Source: Carcharhinus longimanus
Taxonomy: Eukaryota
Length of the DNA: 64,000 nucleotides
Assembly: GCA_030264375.1 (NCBI GenBank)
Contig: JASCQW010000132.1
Span: 67,175,627 to 67,239,626 of the forward strand
Direction of reading: 5' to 3'
In this document: in pieces, positions 11,601-26,600 of the stretch
How the letters are laid out: each line of letters begins with the position of its first letter
Position numbering within the stretch: position 1 is the first letter of the stretch
Made by a program: the position numbers and the translations under genes
Notes under the pieces: model-generated
The model's input: the letters and a program-made list of their open reading frames with translations, nothing else
Databases searched by the model: none
What the model was told of the DNA's origin: nothing

Positions 11601-14600
11601 GGTCTGGACTTACATATCGGCCAGATTAGGTAAGGATGTCAGATTTCCTTCCCTAAATGGCATTTGTGAATCAGATGGGTTTTTGCGATAATCAACAATT
11701 GTTTCATGGGTCATCAATAGACTTTTAAATTCCAGATTTTTATTGAAGTATTACCATTTATCATGTTGGGAATCAAACCCAGGTCCTCAGAACCCTGTCC
11801 CTCTAGGTCTCTAGACAATACCACTTTACCATCACCTCCCAAATCCTTTGCAATTTTTTTGCAAAATTCTTTTGCATTTTCTGGGATCATTGTAGGTCTT
11901 TTCAGCTATGTGTCAGCTTTGGTTCAATGGTAGCAGTTTTGCCTTCATGGCTGAAGGTTGTAAAGTTAAAGCTCCAATGCAGAAGGTTGAGCACATGATC
12001 CAGACTGAAACTTCAGAGGAGTACTGAAGCAATGCTGAACTGTCAGAAATGAATAATGTTAAACTTGGCTCATCTGCCTTCCCAGGACATATTGGCCTGA
12101 ATTCTCCAGCCAAGCACACCAGTGCAATTCTCTGGCCTCACCAGAAGTGTATCCCCGCGCAGCTTTCCCAGCAGCATGGAGTGGCTCCAGTGAAAGTCCC
12201 CATTGACAGCGGTGGGACCAGAGAATCCCATCACCAGCAAACGGCATGCCACCTGCCACCACCAAGAAACACGTGGCTGGGAGGCTGGAGGATCCAGCCC
12301 ACTATGGGAATATTGAAAGAAAATTTGAGAAACCCCTCAAATATTCTGGCCCAATATTTATCCCTCAATTAATGTCAGCAAAATAGATTTCCAGATCATT
12401 TGTCTTGCAGCCACTTGTGGGAGCTTGCTATGCACAAAGTGGTCATCAAGTTTCCCTACATTTGCAATATAATCACCATTATATAATCAAAGTACTTCAT
12501 TGACTGTGAAATGCTTTGGGATGCCTCGAGATTATGAAAGACCACGGTTTAAGTACCTCTGCCCATCTATCTATAATAGGGTCCTATCACACACGAGTCC
12601 AGGCAAAGTGTAATGTACCAATCTTATAATCATTTGGGACTACGTCACATCTTTGTATATCTAACTTGATTTAAATACTCATGTTTATAGGGACCACAAG
12701 GACCCCCTGGCAATCAAGGTCCAGAAGGAGACAGGGTAATTATACTTAAATTCTGAGTTTACACCAGCTTTTTTTTTTAATTACAAGATTAGTTGAACTT
12801 GTTTGGAGATAATAGTGTTGCCGTAGAATATTGTCAGGTTTTTCTAGTTTTGTTTTCAGCTCATAATACTAAATTGATTAATATATTAACTGAAATTAAA
12901 ATGTATTATCTCTCTACTATATTGACTAAATTGCTAAACCTAAACATTTCCTTTTTTTAACAAATTGCCAATGGTGCTTATTCACAATTTAAATACTTTC
13001 TGTCATAGGGCCCTCAAGGACCAGATGGCAAGGATGGATTACCAGGAACACCAGGCCTTCCAGGACCACCAGGCCCACCCGGCGAAGTAAGTTTAGCTGA
13101 TTTAAAATTTAGCTGCTTCTATCAATTATTAGACCAATAATTTAGACCAAAGTCATTTACTATTAATATATGTAAGTAGTACTAACTAACAAAAGCATAT
13201 AGTACATCTCCACTGCTCTCCCTTTCACCAATAACATTAAGAAAAATACTCATGCTGAAATCTTGCTAGCCTTTACACCAGCGGAATCTTATGGTTCTGT
13301 TGGCAGCATAACCCTGCCAAGAGTTTCCTGGTGATGAGTTTAAAGTTTATTTATTAGTGTCACAACTAGGCTTACATTAAAACTACAATGAAGTTACCAT
13401 GAAAATCCCCTAGTCACCATGCTCCAGCACCTGTTTGGGTGCACTGAGGGAGGATTTAGCATGGCCAATGCATCTAACCAGCACGTCTTTCAGACTGTGG
13501 AAGGAAGCTGGAGCACTCAAAGGAAACCCACTCAGACACGGGGAGAACATGCAGACTCTGCACAGTCAGTGACCCAAACTGAAAATTGAACCCAGGTCCC
13601 TGGCGCCATGAGGCAGCAGTGCTAAACACTGTGCCACTGTGCTGCCCGTGCTCGAGGGGAAGTCCCATGGACAACGGCAGGACCATAAGATCCTGCCACC
13701 AGTGAGAGACGCACAGCTTCCCGCCATGGAGAAGAATGAATATCCCACCCTTAGTTTATTCATTGCAATTACTTTTCCTGTGCAGTTAGCACAGTAAAAT
13801 TTAATGTTTTAATGAGAGCTTATTGATAACAAAAAAATGGGCTGTATTGACAATTATGCAGCACCTTATCCAGACACCAACTCTTGCATCTTTTAAAGAC
13901 TGTGTCAGAAGTATAATGCAAAGTAGGAACATCACAACCCAATCCCATCCTGCATTCACCCAGACATATCCTTCTAGCTGGGGGAGATGGGAGGTGAATG
14001 CAGTGAGAGAAGGAGGCAAATGTGGACACAAGTTACTGAAAAGAAACTAGAATTTAATTGGTTTGTTTTCTCTTTATTAACCTGCAGACAGTGGAAATAA
14101 TTTTTGTGTTTCCCCCATATTCACCTTAACTGAGTTCAACATAGCCCAGGAAATGAAACTGGGGCCAGGAGTTTCTGGTCCCTCCAGCAACGGGTGGGAC
14201 CAGAAACTTTCACCCAAAGTCAATAGAACTCAAGGACACAGAAATCCGGCATAGAACTTTCCTACTCCATAAAGCAACAGTGTGGTATAATTTACATACA
14301 AGTATGTTTTTTTACTTTGATTCATAACAATTGAATATTTAAAAATTATTGATAAGGAAAATAAGAACAGTGACAAATGTAAAAAATAGTTCAATTTTTC
14401 TGTCTTTTTTCACTACCTCATTCCCAGTCCTGTCCTTGTAAACAACTAGTTAATTAGGATGGCAGCTTTATTCACTGAAAGAGTTTTGTGTAGGTTTTAT
14501 TTTATTCTTTCATGGGATATGGCATCGCTGGCTAGGCCAGTATTTCTTGCCCATCCTAATTGTCCTCAAGAAGGTGGTGGTGAACTGCCTTCTTGAACCG

Positions 14601-17600
14601 TTGCAGTTAATGTGGCGTAGCTACACATCCACAGTGCTATTAGGGAGTGAGTTCTGGGATTTTGACTCAAAAACAGTGAAGAAGCAGCGATGTATTTTCA
14701 ACTCAGGCTTGGAGGAATATTTGCAGGTGATGATGTCCCCATGTATCTGCTGCCCTTGTCCAATCTAAGTAGTAGAGGTTGTGGGTTTGGAAGGCGCAGT
14801 TGGAGGACCCTTGGTAAGTTGCTGCAGTGTATCTTGTAGATTGTATACACGGCTGCCACTATACGTCGGTGGTGGAGGGAGTGAATGAGAGCGGTTACTA
14901 CTACTTATCTATATATTATTGGTTTTTAACATGGACAAACTGTACATGCATGCCTGTCTCTGCAACATTCTTTAATCAGTGTAGACCCGATGCTTTTAAT
15001 AATAAATATTTCAATGACTGCATATAAGTTAATAATCAGTTCAGTCCTCTCTTAAAATAATAACGTATCTGTTTTTTTCTCAGAGCTTTGCTGCTCAGTA
15101 CATTAAACGGGATGAGATGACACCAGGAATCCTGGTATGCATTTACAACCCCTTTCTCAATCATTTCACAACACAGTATGGTAAATTTCAAGATCCTACT
15201 CCCCCAGTGTGGAAGCCACATTTGAAGAGATTGTACAGCCTTGGTAAAGTTACAAGATTGTAGCTATGATTATTCAGCATACATTTCTGACAAGTGTGGC
15301 TGATCACTGGGACAGTAGGATTGAAGGAATAGTCTTTACGTCATTCTGTATCTGAATGTTCTTATTTCATTTAAGCATCCAGAAAATGAATCATGTATTA
15401 TTTGAAAGTATTACTTAAAAAACTGAAACCGTACATTGGCTGAAATTTTCCAGCCATTCACACCAGTAGGATTCTCTGGTCTGGCTGCAGGGAACAGAGA
15501 TTCGGCCTCTAGCTTTAAAGAGTGCAAGTGATAGAATTTTTTTAATATAAGGAAGCATTAGAAACAGCAAAATATACATGAAAAACACCAGAATATAGTT
15601 GAAAGGGTGAACTTAAGCTGTTACAGCATCTTGTTATTACCAAGATCGTCTTTACTCCATGTTGTATCAAGGAATTGCCAGTTGTTCAATAACATTAAGT
15701 CACTTTATAATTAATCTTTAATATGATGGCTGAATGTAAGGAAACATTTCAATATGAACTATTCCCCAGACTATTTATTTTGAGGTGTGAAGAAAAGACC
15801 TACAGACAATGCCATCACTTTTAGTACGGTATCTCCCCAGCATGCTTATTCGCCATTTTGTCCTAGACTCATATCGAATGCCTCTCCAAGTAATTAGTCT
15901 AATGATGTGAGTTACAAATGTTTCCAGGAACAGCTCCATATTATAACACAAAATTCAGAATTTGAAACAGGTTGGACACTAATTCAGTGATACATAGGCA
16001 AAGAAAATGTTGGGTTTTCACAACTCTGTATCCAAGAAGAAATTCAAATAGCAGGTTCCCACAGACTTAAAATTTAATAATAAATTTTCTATAAATTCCT
16101 TATTTCTGACATTAAATTGATCATGATAGTGTTTCGCTAAATCTTCCCAAGCACATAAAACATAACAAACTCTGTAATGCCCCTCCAAACTAAGGCGGAA
16201 GGCGATGGCCATTAAGGAATATATTGGGTATTTTCACTCACTTTGTTTTTCTCCACTTAGGTTAGTTTAGTAGAATTAATTTAAATCAAAACTTAACAAT
16301 GGTCAAGAAACCACCGGCAAAATAAAGATAAAGTAGAGGAGCATGAATAAAAATATCTCACACAGCTTGTTCTCGCCTTGTTAGCGGAAGATTTGTTTCT
16401 ATTCTCATTTTGCGACAGTGAACAAATTATGACTAGAACACAGTTAACGACATTTTCCTTTGTCACTTTATTTTGGGCAGTTCCCTGTTAACATACACAT
16501 TTCTTTTGATCTCCACTTCCCATTGTGAGCTTTGGATAGTTGGCAGTCACCTCTATCAGAATGTTTAAGATCCATTCCAGCATTTCAGCAAAAATATAAG
16601 CTCAGACTTGGGGCAGTACTATTGGGTGTTACATTGTTGAAGATGGGGCACTTCAGGTGACCCAGAAATTAACAAACTGATTACTCATCTCACCTTTTGG
16701 TGAGAATAATTAGCTGTAACTTTTATCCAAATTAGAACTCACTGCACTTAAGTGTAACTCATTGTGAGGCTCCTCGAGATGTTTGCAAGGCACAATAAAG
16801 CCTTATATAAATCTAAATGTTCATCTTTACTTTTAACTGGTAGAGAATTAAATATGTAAATGTAGGTTAACTTGTTTGAAACATAAACAAATGAAAATAC
16901 AGCTAACAAATAGGAAAATACTGCAGATGCTGGAAATCTGAAATAAAAACAGAAAACGCAGGACTCAGCTGACCTGTCAGCAACGATGGAGAGAGAAACA
17001 GTTATCTTGTGACTTTTCATCAGGATCCTTATCTTTTAAATACTTTCAATTCAGTTAAATGATCACCTAATGTCCGATTCACTATGGAATAAATTTCTGC
17101 TAAGTGCCATCAGTTTGTGAAGACTAAAGTCTAAAGACAGTCAAAAATATAATAATATGAATTGTTTGTAAGTCATCATCATCACCCCAATTTTATCTGT
17201 CTTGCCTCCAACTATATTGTGTTTCTGTTTTGAAAGCTTACCTTGCTGTTTTGATACTGATTAGCATTGTATGTACTAATTCCAATATGCTCTTTATTTC
17301 TTCAGGGACCAATGGGACCAAAAGGCCCACAAGGAGGTGCTGGTGCCCCTGTAAGTTTTACAACTTTTTGATATTTTTCTCTTGCTCATTTATTATCGAA
17401 ACTATGCAACACATTGTACTACCTCCATTTGGAATTACCGTGTTTAATGATTATTTTAGATATCTCACTTCCAAAAAATCTTGAGTCAAATGCATGTGTT
17501 CACTTCCAGGGTTCCCCTGGCCCCCCAGGAATTCCAGGCGTTCCAGGTGAAGCTGGTGCATCTGTAAGTACACGTTTGAATCAGCAGTTTCATTTTGTGG

Positions 17601-20600
17601 CAGCTTAAGTAATTTGTGATTCTTTTCATAATGAGTTTGATTATCTTTTCGTCTCTACTCACTAGGGTCTAGCTGGTCCTCGTGGTCCTCAAGGTGTACC
17701 TGGAAAACCTGGTGAAGATGTAAGTATAGATTATGAAGAAGTAAAATAGGAACCATGGCAACATTTTTAAATGTTCTCAGCTCCCTGAATCACAACTATA
17801 TGTATCAATCAGATAACATCACTCATTGGGATGCCTCACCCTATCTGAAATTGGTTATCAGTCATGTTTTGTTGCCAAGCAATGGCAATGTCCAGAGAAA
17901 ATAAAATAGAGTTAAGTTCTGAATAATTGAAGGAAGTCTCTATAAACTAGAGCTGGATATTTGGATAATTCTGAACTGCAAATTGAGAACGCCACACACA
18001 TCCTCACCCTGTTAGAAATTTGTTGAATTTCAAGTGCAAAATTGAATTCATAGAAACTATTTCTGAACCATCAGAGTTACGATGTTAGACCTATCGTAGT
18101 GATTTTTCTTTATGCTAAATGGCATACTTCAAAGAATTAGTATGTTGTCAAATAGCTCTGCAGCTTTGACTTGGAGATAGTTCCATCAATAGAAATCTGC
18201 AACCGCTTGGTGTTTCGTTTTCTCCTTTGTGCCAAAGATAAGAGCTTACACTGGAATGTAAGGAATCGTCAAGGGGTGGGATTTTGCGGCTGCACTCACC
18301 CCAAAACCAGAAAATCCGGCTCGAGGTCCATGGACCTTTGCATGGTCTGCGCCCCCTCATCCCCACCTCCCTGCCCGCTATGATTCCCATGGCAGGTGGG
18401 ATGGGAAAATTCCCCTCCAAAGGTATTTTGCAATAAGATAGATTGACAGCGTTACCAACACATATATCATTTTTCCTTTCTTTGACTGACAAACATCTGC
18501 CCTCTTAGAATCTCATCAAACAATAAATTAATTAATGTTACGGGGGAAATTGGTCTCTGCCAGAAGTACAAATTAGCAGCTAATTTTTAATCACTCCTGA
18601 CCTCCTTTTCAATAGTTTCCAGAATGATAGTACAGACTCTTTGGTGACTCATTTCGTGGTCTCACGATTACTTTTATTTGGTTTGAAATGAAAAATCTTA
18701 GCAATATTTTCACAAGTTGATGGAAACTAAAAAGTGGCAGTTCACTATAAGCCAGTTTTGTCACTGCATCCCCCTGCCCCCCAACCCACCTCATGTTACC
18801 CTGATCAAAAGAATAGCTAGTCATCTGTTGCCAGTGCTTATTGGTTTCTATAACCACCATAACGCTGATGAGCACCTGAGAAATTCAAATCAGCCTCCTC
18901 ATTATAGAGAAACAAGCTTAGTTCCTCTCTGCAAGTGGGTCTAGATGAGATCAGAAGTAACCCAGTGGCATATTTGAGACCTATCTGTCCAGGATACAGT
19001 TTTAGGAATTTCCCTTCAGTTTGCCTCCAAAAAAAATGAATTCAGCTATCATCTGATCTAGAGATCAAAAAGGCATTTGGATCCACCATGTTGGATGTTA
19101 GCATTTTGGTATATGGTCCTGAAAATCTATTCACCCAGCTGCGATCAATTCAAAAATGCTTAATGTATGAACATCCTACTTATATCAATAGTTGTAAATG
19201 TACCAGAAGTAAATACATTAACTATATATTTTACCATGTAGAAGCATGCTTCACATACCTGAATTACAATTACCTTATTGTACAAATATATGTGTATCTC
19301 TTCTTTAATGGATGCAGTATTAATATTAAAAATATTTGACTTTTCTCTAACAGGGTTCAAATGGCAAACCTGGCAAACCTGGTGATCGTGGTATTGCTGG
19401 ACCTCAGGTAAGTGATACTGCCACATGAGGTTTTATCTGTGCAATCTATTATCACCTGAAGGCACTGATCTTTCAGTTCAATGCAAATATTTATTTCATA
19501 CTTTTTTACTAAACAACCAGAGCAACAGTTTGATGATTGGGTTGTTTTCTCTGCTTCCTTTACATAGGGTGCTCGTGGTTTCCCAGGAACCCCTGGTCTC
19601 CCTGGCAGGAAAGGACACCGAGTGAGTCGGCAATTTCATTTTTGATACCTTTGATAACTTTTTTTCTACCCCAGTAAATAATTAGCCCTATATGTTTAAC
19701 TGACATGTTTCATTATCTTCCACTTTACAACAGGGTTTCAATGGTTTGGATGGAATTAAGGGAGAGCCTGGTGTCGCTGGTGAGAAGGTAAGAAATATAC
19801 AGCAATGATCAAGTTACAGTCTGAGTTTTAAAATATTAGTTGGGAAGTATATTAAACATTTTTTTTTCTAAATTTCAACATATAACCAATATACCAGGAA
19901 ATTAAACAGAAAACCATTAATGTTTTCTGTGCATGTTTAGCTGTTTACACATTTTAGGTGTCATTTCTGACATTTCAAATATTAGTGAAAACTAGACATG
20001 AGTATAAAACTGAATGTGCAGTATCACACTCATTTCACTGGGAAATTAGAATGTCCAGGACCAGAAAATACAACTGCAGTCCATGAAGGAGAATACAGAT
20101 TACTCAAATTGTAAGATTCCTTGTAAAGGGCAGGTTTAGAATTTTGTCACATGGACTCCACAGTGCAAATCTTCCTACACTGATAATTCAGCTAAAACTG
20201 AGGAGGTCATTTCTTGTCATTTTTAATCTTATTATGTCTGAATTGTTCACTACTGCTCACTTCCAGATCCGAATACTGATGTAGATCTCTTACAATGGAT
20301 ATCTAAGCTCTTAGTTTAGGTCCTGCATGTAGTTCTTTCCTCTATATGTCTAAGGTACACCTTTTTAATTACATTGATAGCATTGTTATTATCCTGTAAC
20401 AACTAGCCTTTCATATGCCACAGCATCCTATTAAGCAACATCAGTGTTACATTGAATGTGTGTCATACTAAAATATGCCATAAAGTACTGAGAGTTAAGG
20501 CAGTCATTTGCAGCTAACACTATTGCATAAAGGGTTCATAAAGCACTTGGTTGAGCAGATTTCCTCTTCAATTTCCATGCCAGTCCCAAAATTCAAGGCT

Positions 20601-23600
20601 TCATGATTCTCAATTATAAAGACACCCATTGGACAAGACTGATTAATATCTAGGAACAATCGTACAAATAAAACAGAGATAAATAGCTGTGATTTTGCCT
20701 AATATCCCAGGAATTGGAGCCTGGCTGGAGGTTATCAGACACAATGCACATTGCTAAACTGAATTAAATTATGTGGCTGTGACTCATACAAAAGAGTACA
20801 GTGCCAAATATGGCCAGAAACTGCTTTGTTTAATTATTCCCCATAGTTGTGGTTTGAGATGCCAAATGTTCTTTCTGCAGCACATATGTGAGAAGTTACT
20901 GTACTGTGAGAGCAATGATTCATTCTTTGTCAAAAGGAAACACATTTTAGCTTCATAGCCGTGTATATCCCAGAGCAGAAACGAGAAACAGATTGATAAC
21001 TTTAGGGCCATTAATTGTTCACCTGGCAGAACATGGTAAATGATACAAATCAAATGTTTGCTGTTTTCATCGTAACTTTAAGACATTGGAAGCTGCTTTG
21101 GGGTTTTGAAACTGCAGTAAACAGGGGACATACTTTAAATATATATTTAAGTTCACCATGCAACAACCAAAATAGTTCTCCAACACACATGCCAGACGTA
21201 ATTCTCTGGCTATCCAACACCATGGATGCAGGTTGCCCATGAGCAGTCAACAGTGGTTAGGCAATTAGAGGGAAAAGTGATAGCACTCTCTCCCTGCCTC
21301 CCCCCTCATCCTCCCCCTTCCAATTTCTTACCCATGGTGGATGCACACCCCACTCAGAGCCCAGAATTGACCCAGAAGTGTCTTCTTGACAGCAGACTGG
21401 GAGCCATTGAAACCTCCTTTCAATTGCCTCAATCAATGGAGTTTCTGCTGCACAACATCATCAGCCTGACAGTTGTGCCAATGCTTGATTTTTTAATGTC
21501 TCACAATGTTACATTTTGAGGCATCTTCAAGATTTCCTCCCTGTCTCAGCATCGCCCACCTCTCCCAATGTGGCTACCAGCCAGATAGTATTGCAGGCCT
21601 TCTGATTGGACCTTGTACTTGCTTGGTCTGCCCACCATCCTTAATTGGATGGGACTTCCAGAAGAGGCTTCTTAATTGGTTGCCTCCTGGAAGATTGCGT
21701 TCAATGTCCTGCCACCATCACTTCCGGGTACCCCATCCCAAATTAAGGCCAACTTTGGGATCATGAAATTTCAGCATTCTATAGTTAATGATTTCTTTTA
21801 GATAACTTGATGTTATACAGATGGCAACTTTCTACAAGAACCAGAAATGCTTATTTTCTATTGAATCATCTCAGAAGTTTCAAAATTTACATATCATAAT
21901 TCAATTGAAGAATCCTCAGCAATTGGAGATTTAACAATGATCATGGCAGATAGTAAGAATCTGGTATTATTTCTGCTTTGAATCATATTTCTGATAATTT
22001 GAAGAAGCAAATGTTTATTAAAACTGAATCCAGGTACACTGCATAAACATTTCTTTGCTTTTGTTTGATAAGGGCAAATCTTTCTTCTTCCTTCCCCACC
22101 CCGCGCTTATTTTTATCAAGCCTTTTGGTTCAGCCCTTGGGCAAACATGAAAAGATTGCTACAGTATAGTATCATGACAGGCCAGAGAAATTCACATCAA
22201 TATCCTTCAGTTTTATGAAGATGATACTATACACATTATGCAGAGTAAAAGTAGTAAGTTGAATGGCAGAATTCTCTGTTCTCTTATATCTTGTTGTTAT
22301 CTTGCAGCAGATGTAAGTGGGAAAATGTTATTACCATTTAACATCACCATGTTAGCATTCTCTTCCTCAAGCCAGTGAGGAAGTGATGGACAGTCTGACT
22401 CATCCTGAGTTAAAGTTGCTTGCTTCAAACAAAATAATAATTTAACTTCTTAGTATTGCATTTACAATTAACCCTTCCATTTGCACAACTTTATTCAAAT
22501 TAATAGATATTTTTGAATCTTTTCTGTCAAAAAAATGACTGACCTTTATCAGGATTAGTCTGTAAATGGATTATCTCTGTTATTAAATATGAGCATTGAG
22601 GAATCTCTAAGCTATAAACAGAGCCTATGTCATTCATCACTGCAATAGATTTTCCACTGTTACCAGAACAGTGGGCATGTGCATTTCTCAATTTTATGAA
22701 GAAAGTACAGAGCAAAGCAAAATTTCTTTTGATTATGCTTGTTTCAAACTGATGAGATGTCAGGTAATGATGTATTTTGCAAAAATTGGGATCTTTGTCC
22801 CAAGGTAAGATTAGGAAGTTTCATATGCTTTCTTGTGTTAGTAATATTGTAATAAGCAAGAAGTAAAATAAATGTGCCTTTCTTTATTTTTTCCCAGGGT
22901 GAAGTTGGTAATCCAGGAGCAAATGGTAATTCAGGACTCGCGGTATGTGTTCCATCATTCAAAATATAAAAATAATGCCTATAACATACTACATAATCCT
23001 TACCAATAATTTTGTACCTATGTCATATAAAGCATTTAAAACTAAACGGAGCAAAACTAAACACTTTTTTTGCCAACAGGGTCTTCGTGGTGGCGCAGGC
23101 GAAAGAGGTCGTCCTGGATCTGCTGGCCCTGCTGTGAGTTTCAAGCTTTTAATATTTTCTCTGTTCATAAGTTCATAAGACATAGGAGCAGAATTAAGCC
23201 ATTCAGCCCATCGAGTCCACTCCCCCATTCGATCATGGCTGATCTGCTCCTCATCCCCATTTTCCTGCCTTCTCCCCACAACCTTTCAACCCATTACCAA
23301 TTAAAAATTTGTCTAACTCCTCCTCAAATTTACTAGCATCCACTTCACTTTGGGATAGTGAATTCCACAGATTCACAACCCTTTGAGAGAAGTGGTTCTA
23401 TCTATTGGTATCCCTAGCATGGAACTGCATGAAACAAGAGGCAGATCAGACAATTTGGCTTGGTGATTCATAGCCCTTATAATTATTTACTTATAAATTG
23501 ACAAATCAGCCTTCAGACTGAATGAGGATATGTTTTAATATCACCATTAATGTTTTTGAACATTATGAATTGTATGCCATTAAAATAATTTTCTCAGATG

Positions 23601-26600
23601 CATTTTTTCTATTTGTAATGCTATATTGTAATCCTTTCTAACATTTTCATGAAAGTTTTTATTTCAGTGTTTATGCTTATTTTCAATGTGATGCCTATTG
23701 ACCATTCGTCTTACAAGATTGAGCATTCATAAGTTTTAATAAATTTAATAATGCAATTTTTGTGTTTCCTTTAAGGGTCCCCGAGGCAGTGATGGTATGA
23801 CTGGACCTGCTGGCCCTCCTGTAAGTACGCAAATAAAACTTAATTAATCATTAAATTGACAAATGCACAACTATTAACAAGTTACAAGAGTAATTCTGTA
23901 ATATAATACCCTGAGAGTTACAGTCTCAGCAAAGTGAAGAGTGAATACTGGGCAACTTACTGTATAGCTAGCTGATGACTTCATTGCACAACCCAAATAT
24001 ATGTGTGCAGCATCCATATAATGAAAGCCTGAAATGTAAGAGAAACATTTCTGTTGCCTGGACCTCTCCAGAAGAGCCCTAGAGCCCTCAATAATGCCAG
24101 TGACAAAATTTGTAATAGTCTGCTACATACTGCACAACCCCACCATTATAAGGCCAAAGACCTTACCACCAGCTACATAGTAGTTATTTGAGGTACAGAA
24201 TGATGAGAAGGAGGATCAGGAGAATGTGGAAGGAAAGGAAGAAAAGGAAGGAACAATTCACGCATTTGCTATCTGTCATTGACTTAACTAAGAGCGATAT
24301 TAGTAATTGCAACCCAGTTTCCCCCATTCACAAACCTTTACCTTCTATCTGTCACTGACCATTACAGTGTCCACTGGCCACAATGATAGAATAGAAGTCA
24401 TCACAAAAGAAACCAGGTTTAAAAGTGAAATCATATAGCATACAAAAGTTAATTAACCTCCCTTGCATATTCCTTCAGTGCCTGTCCTCTGTGTGCCTTT
24501 GCCTCTCCTACAGCAGAATTTTATACCAGCTGGGATTTTACAATCCCGTCGAAGTCAATGTAGTTTTAAACAGATTGCACATTTTACAGCCCCAGCCCCA
24601 CTGCAATGTAGTTATAAAATTCCACTCGTAATGCTCCTACTCAATACAACCCCAGTGGCGACAGCAAGTGGAAGGCAACTGACTTACATGCTGGCAGATT
24701 GCAAGTGGTCTTGCAGGGCCCCCTTGAGCAGCTCCAGGCCTTGAGTGCCTCACTGCAGATTGCAACATCTCAGCTGGATGGCATCAGTCTGAGCTGCCTG
24801 GCTGACAGGCAACAACAAGGACACTAGTGGAGTGTTAGAAATGAGAAGATGAATGCTATCTTCCTGAGAGGAGACCAGTTTAGTGCCTCCTGGAGCCATT
24901 GACACTCTCCAAGCCAATGACTCAGAAATCCTAATAAAGTAAGAGAACAGACTGCAAAGTAAAAAGGTAGTGGAGGCAGGAAACCTAACAACCTTTAAAA
25001 AATGAGCTCTTGAAATATCATAACATTCAAGGATATAGGATAAGTACAGTAAAATGGAGTGCCTTTAGTGGTAGTTGTTACTGGTGCAAACCCAATGGGC
25101 CAAAGGGCCTTTTCTGCACTGTATAACTCTATGAGCAGGATCTTCCGGCTGCATTCGACCCAAGAGCAGAAAATCCCGCCTGAGATCAATGGATCTTTGC
25201 ATGGTCAGCCCCTGCCCACTACAGTTCCCTTGGCAGGCAGCATATGGACTCTATGCTGGACTGCTGTGAGGTTCTGAAAACCCCTTTGAACATTGTAGTC
25301 CACAGCTTTGATAACAGTAAGCTGACCTTGCATGATAGCAAGCTGAACTTTCACTGCAGCAGCCAGACATTGGGTGACTGCTGCTTCTGCTGCACTGGAA
25401 GTTGTGACATTAACCATCAGTTGCTTCGTTATAGTTGACTCCACAAGTATTCTCATGGAGAATACATTGACACCATTTCCAAGTCGAAAATAATGGGCTC
25501 CAAGCTCTGTGTAAAGTCTTGTGTTGAATTAGTGCTGGATTCCTTCATGCTTCTGGACATTGTCCACAGGATTTCTGATGGACTTACAATGCAGCAAGCA
25601 TTTAGTTGTGTATGTCCATTCAACATGCATCTGCAGACTGCCCCATTGAAATACTCATCTGAGTCCTAGGCAGCAGAACTTGTCTACACCTGAACCTTCG
25701 GTGAGCTGGCACCTGTGCTCCCCTTGCTCCCCCTCTTCAGGTCACTCAGGCCCAGTATCATACCACATGCAGATCTCACCTCAGTATGACCCTTTGCTTG
25801 GTGTTTTTCCAGTGCCAGGCCAAGTTTCATTTCTTGGATATCTGAAAGGAGAAATACACAATGAAAGAATTACAGTAGCGGGATGGGGGAAAATAAGTGT
25901 TGTGTGTCTACACCATCTACAAGTTCCAAATCAGAAAAAAAAGTGTAAAAAGATAAGGAGGAGGGAGGGGTGTGAGAAGATGGATTGGATATGAGGCTAT
26001 CTTTATCTTTAATAGTTTCATCCCCATTAGTGGCCCTATCCTCAGCAATCACTATTCCCATAATAGTTAGTATCACCTCCTCCATGAGGGTTAGGAAAAA
26101 CAGCCCACCTGTCTGTTTGTGTGTGTCTGTTTGTGTGTGCCTGTGTGTGTGCCTGTCTGTTTGTGTGTGTCTGTTTGTGTGTGTCTGTGTGTGCGTGTAT
26201 CTGTGCTTGCATGTCTGTGTGTACTTATGTCAATGTGTCTGTGTGTGTGTGTCTGTTTGTGTGTGCGTGTCTGTGTGCCTGTGTGTGTGTGTGTGTGTGT
26301 GCCTGTCTGTGTGTGTGTGTCTGTTTGTGTGTGTGTATCTGTGCTTGCATGTCTGTGTGTACTTATGTCAATGTGTCTGTGTGTGTGTGTGTGTCTGTCT
26401 GTCTGTGCGTGCCTGTGTGTTTGTCTGTATGTGTCTGTGTGTCTGTTTGTGTGTGTATCTGTGCTTGCATGTCTGTGTGTACTTATGTCAATGTGTCTGT
26501 TTGTGTGTGTGTGCGTGTCATCTGTGTTTCTGCATGCATGTCTGTTCGTGTGTGCTTGTCTGTGTCTGTGCTCGCATGTCTGTGTGTACTTACATCTGCA

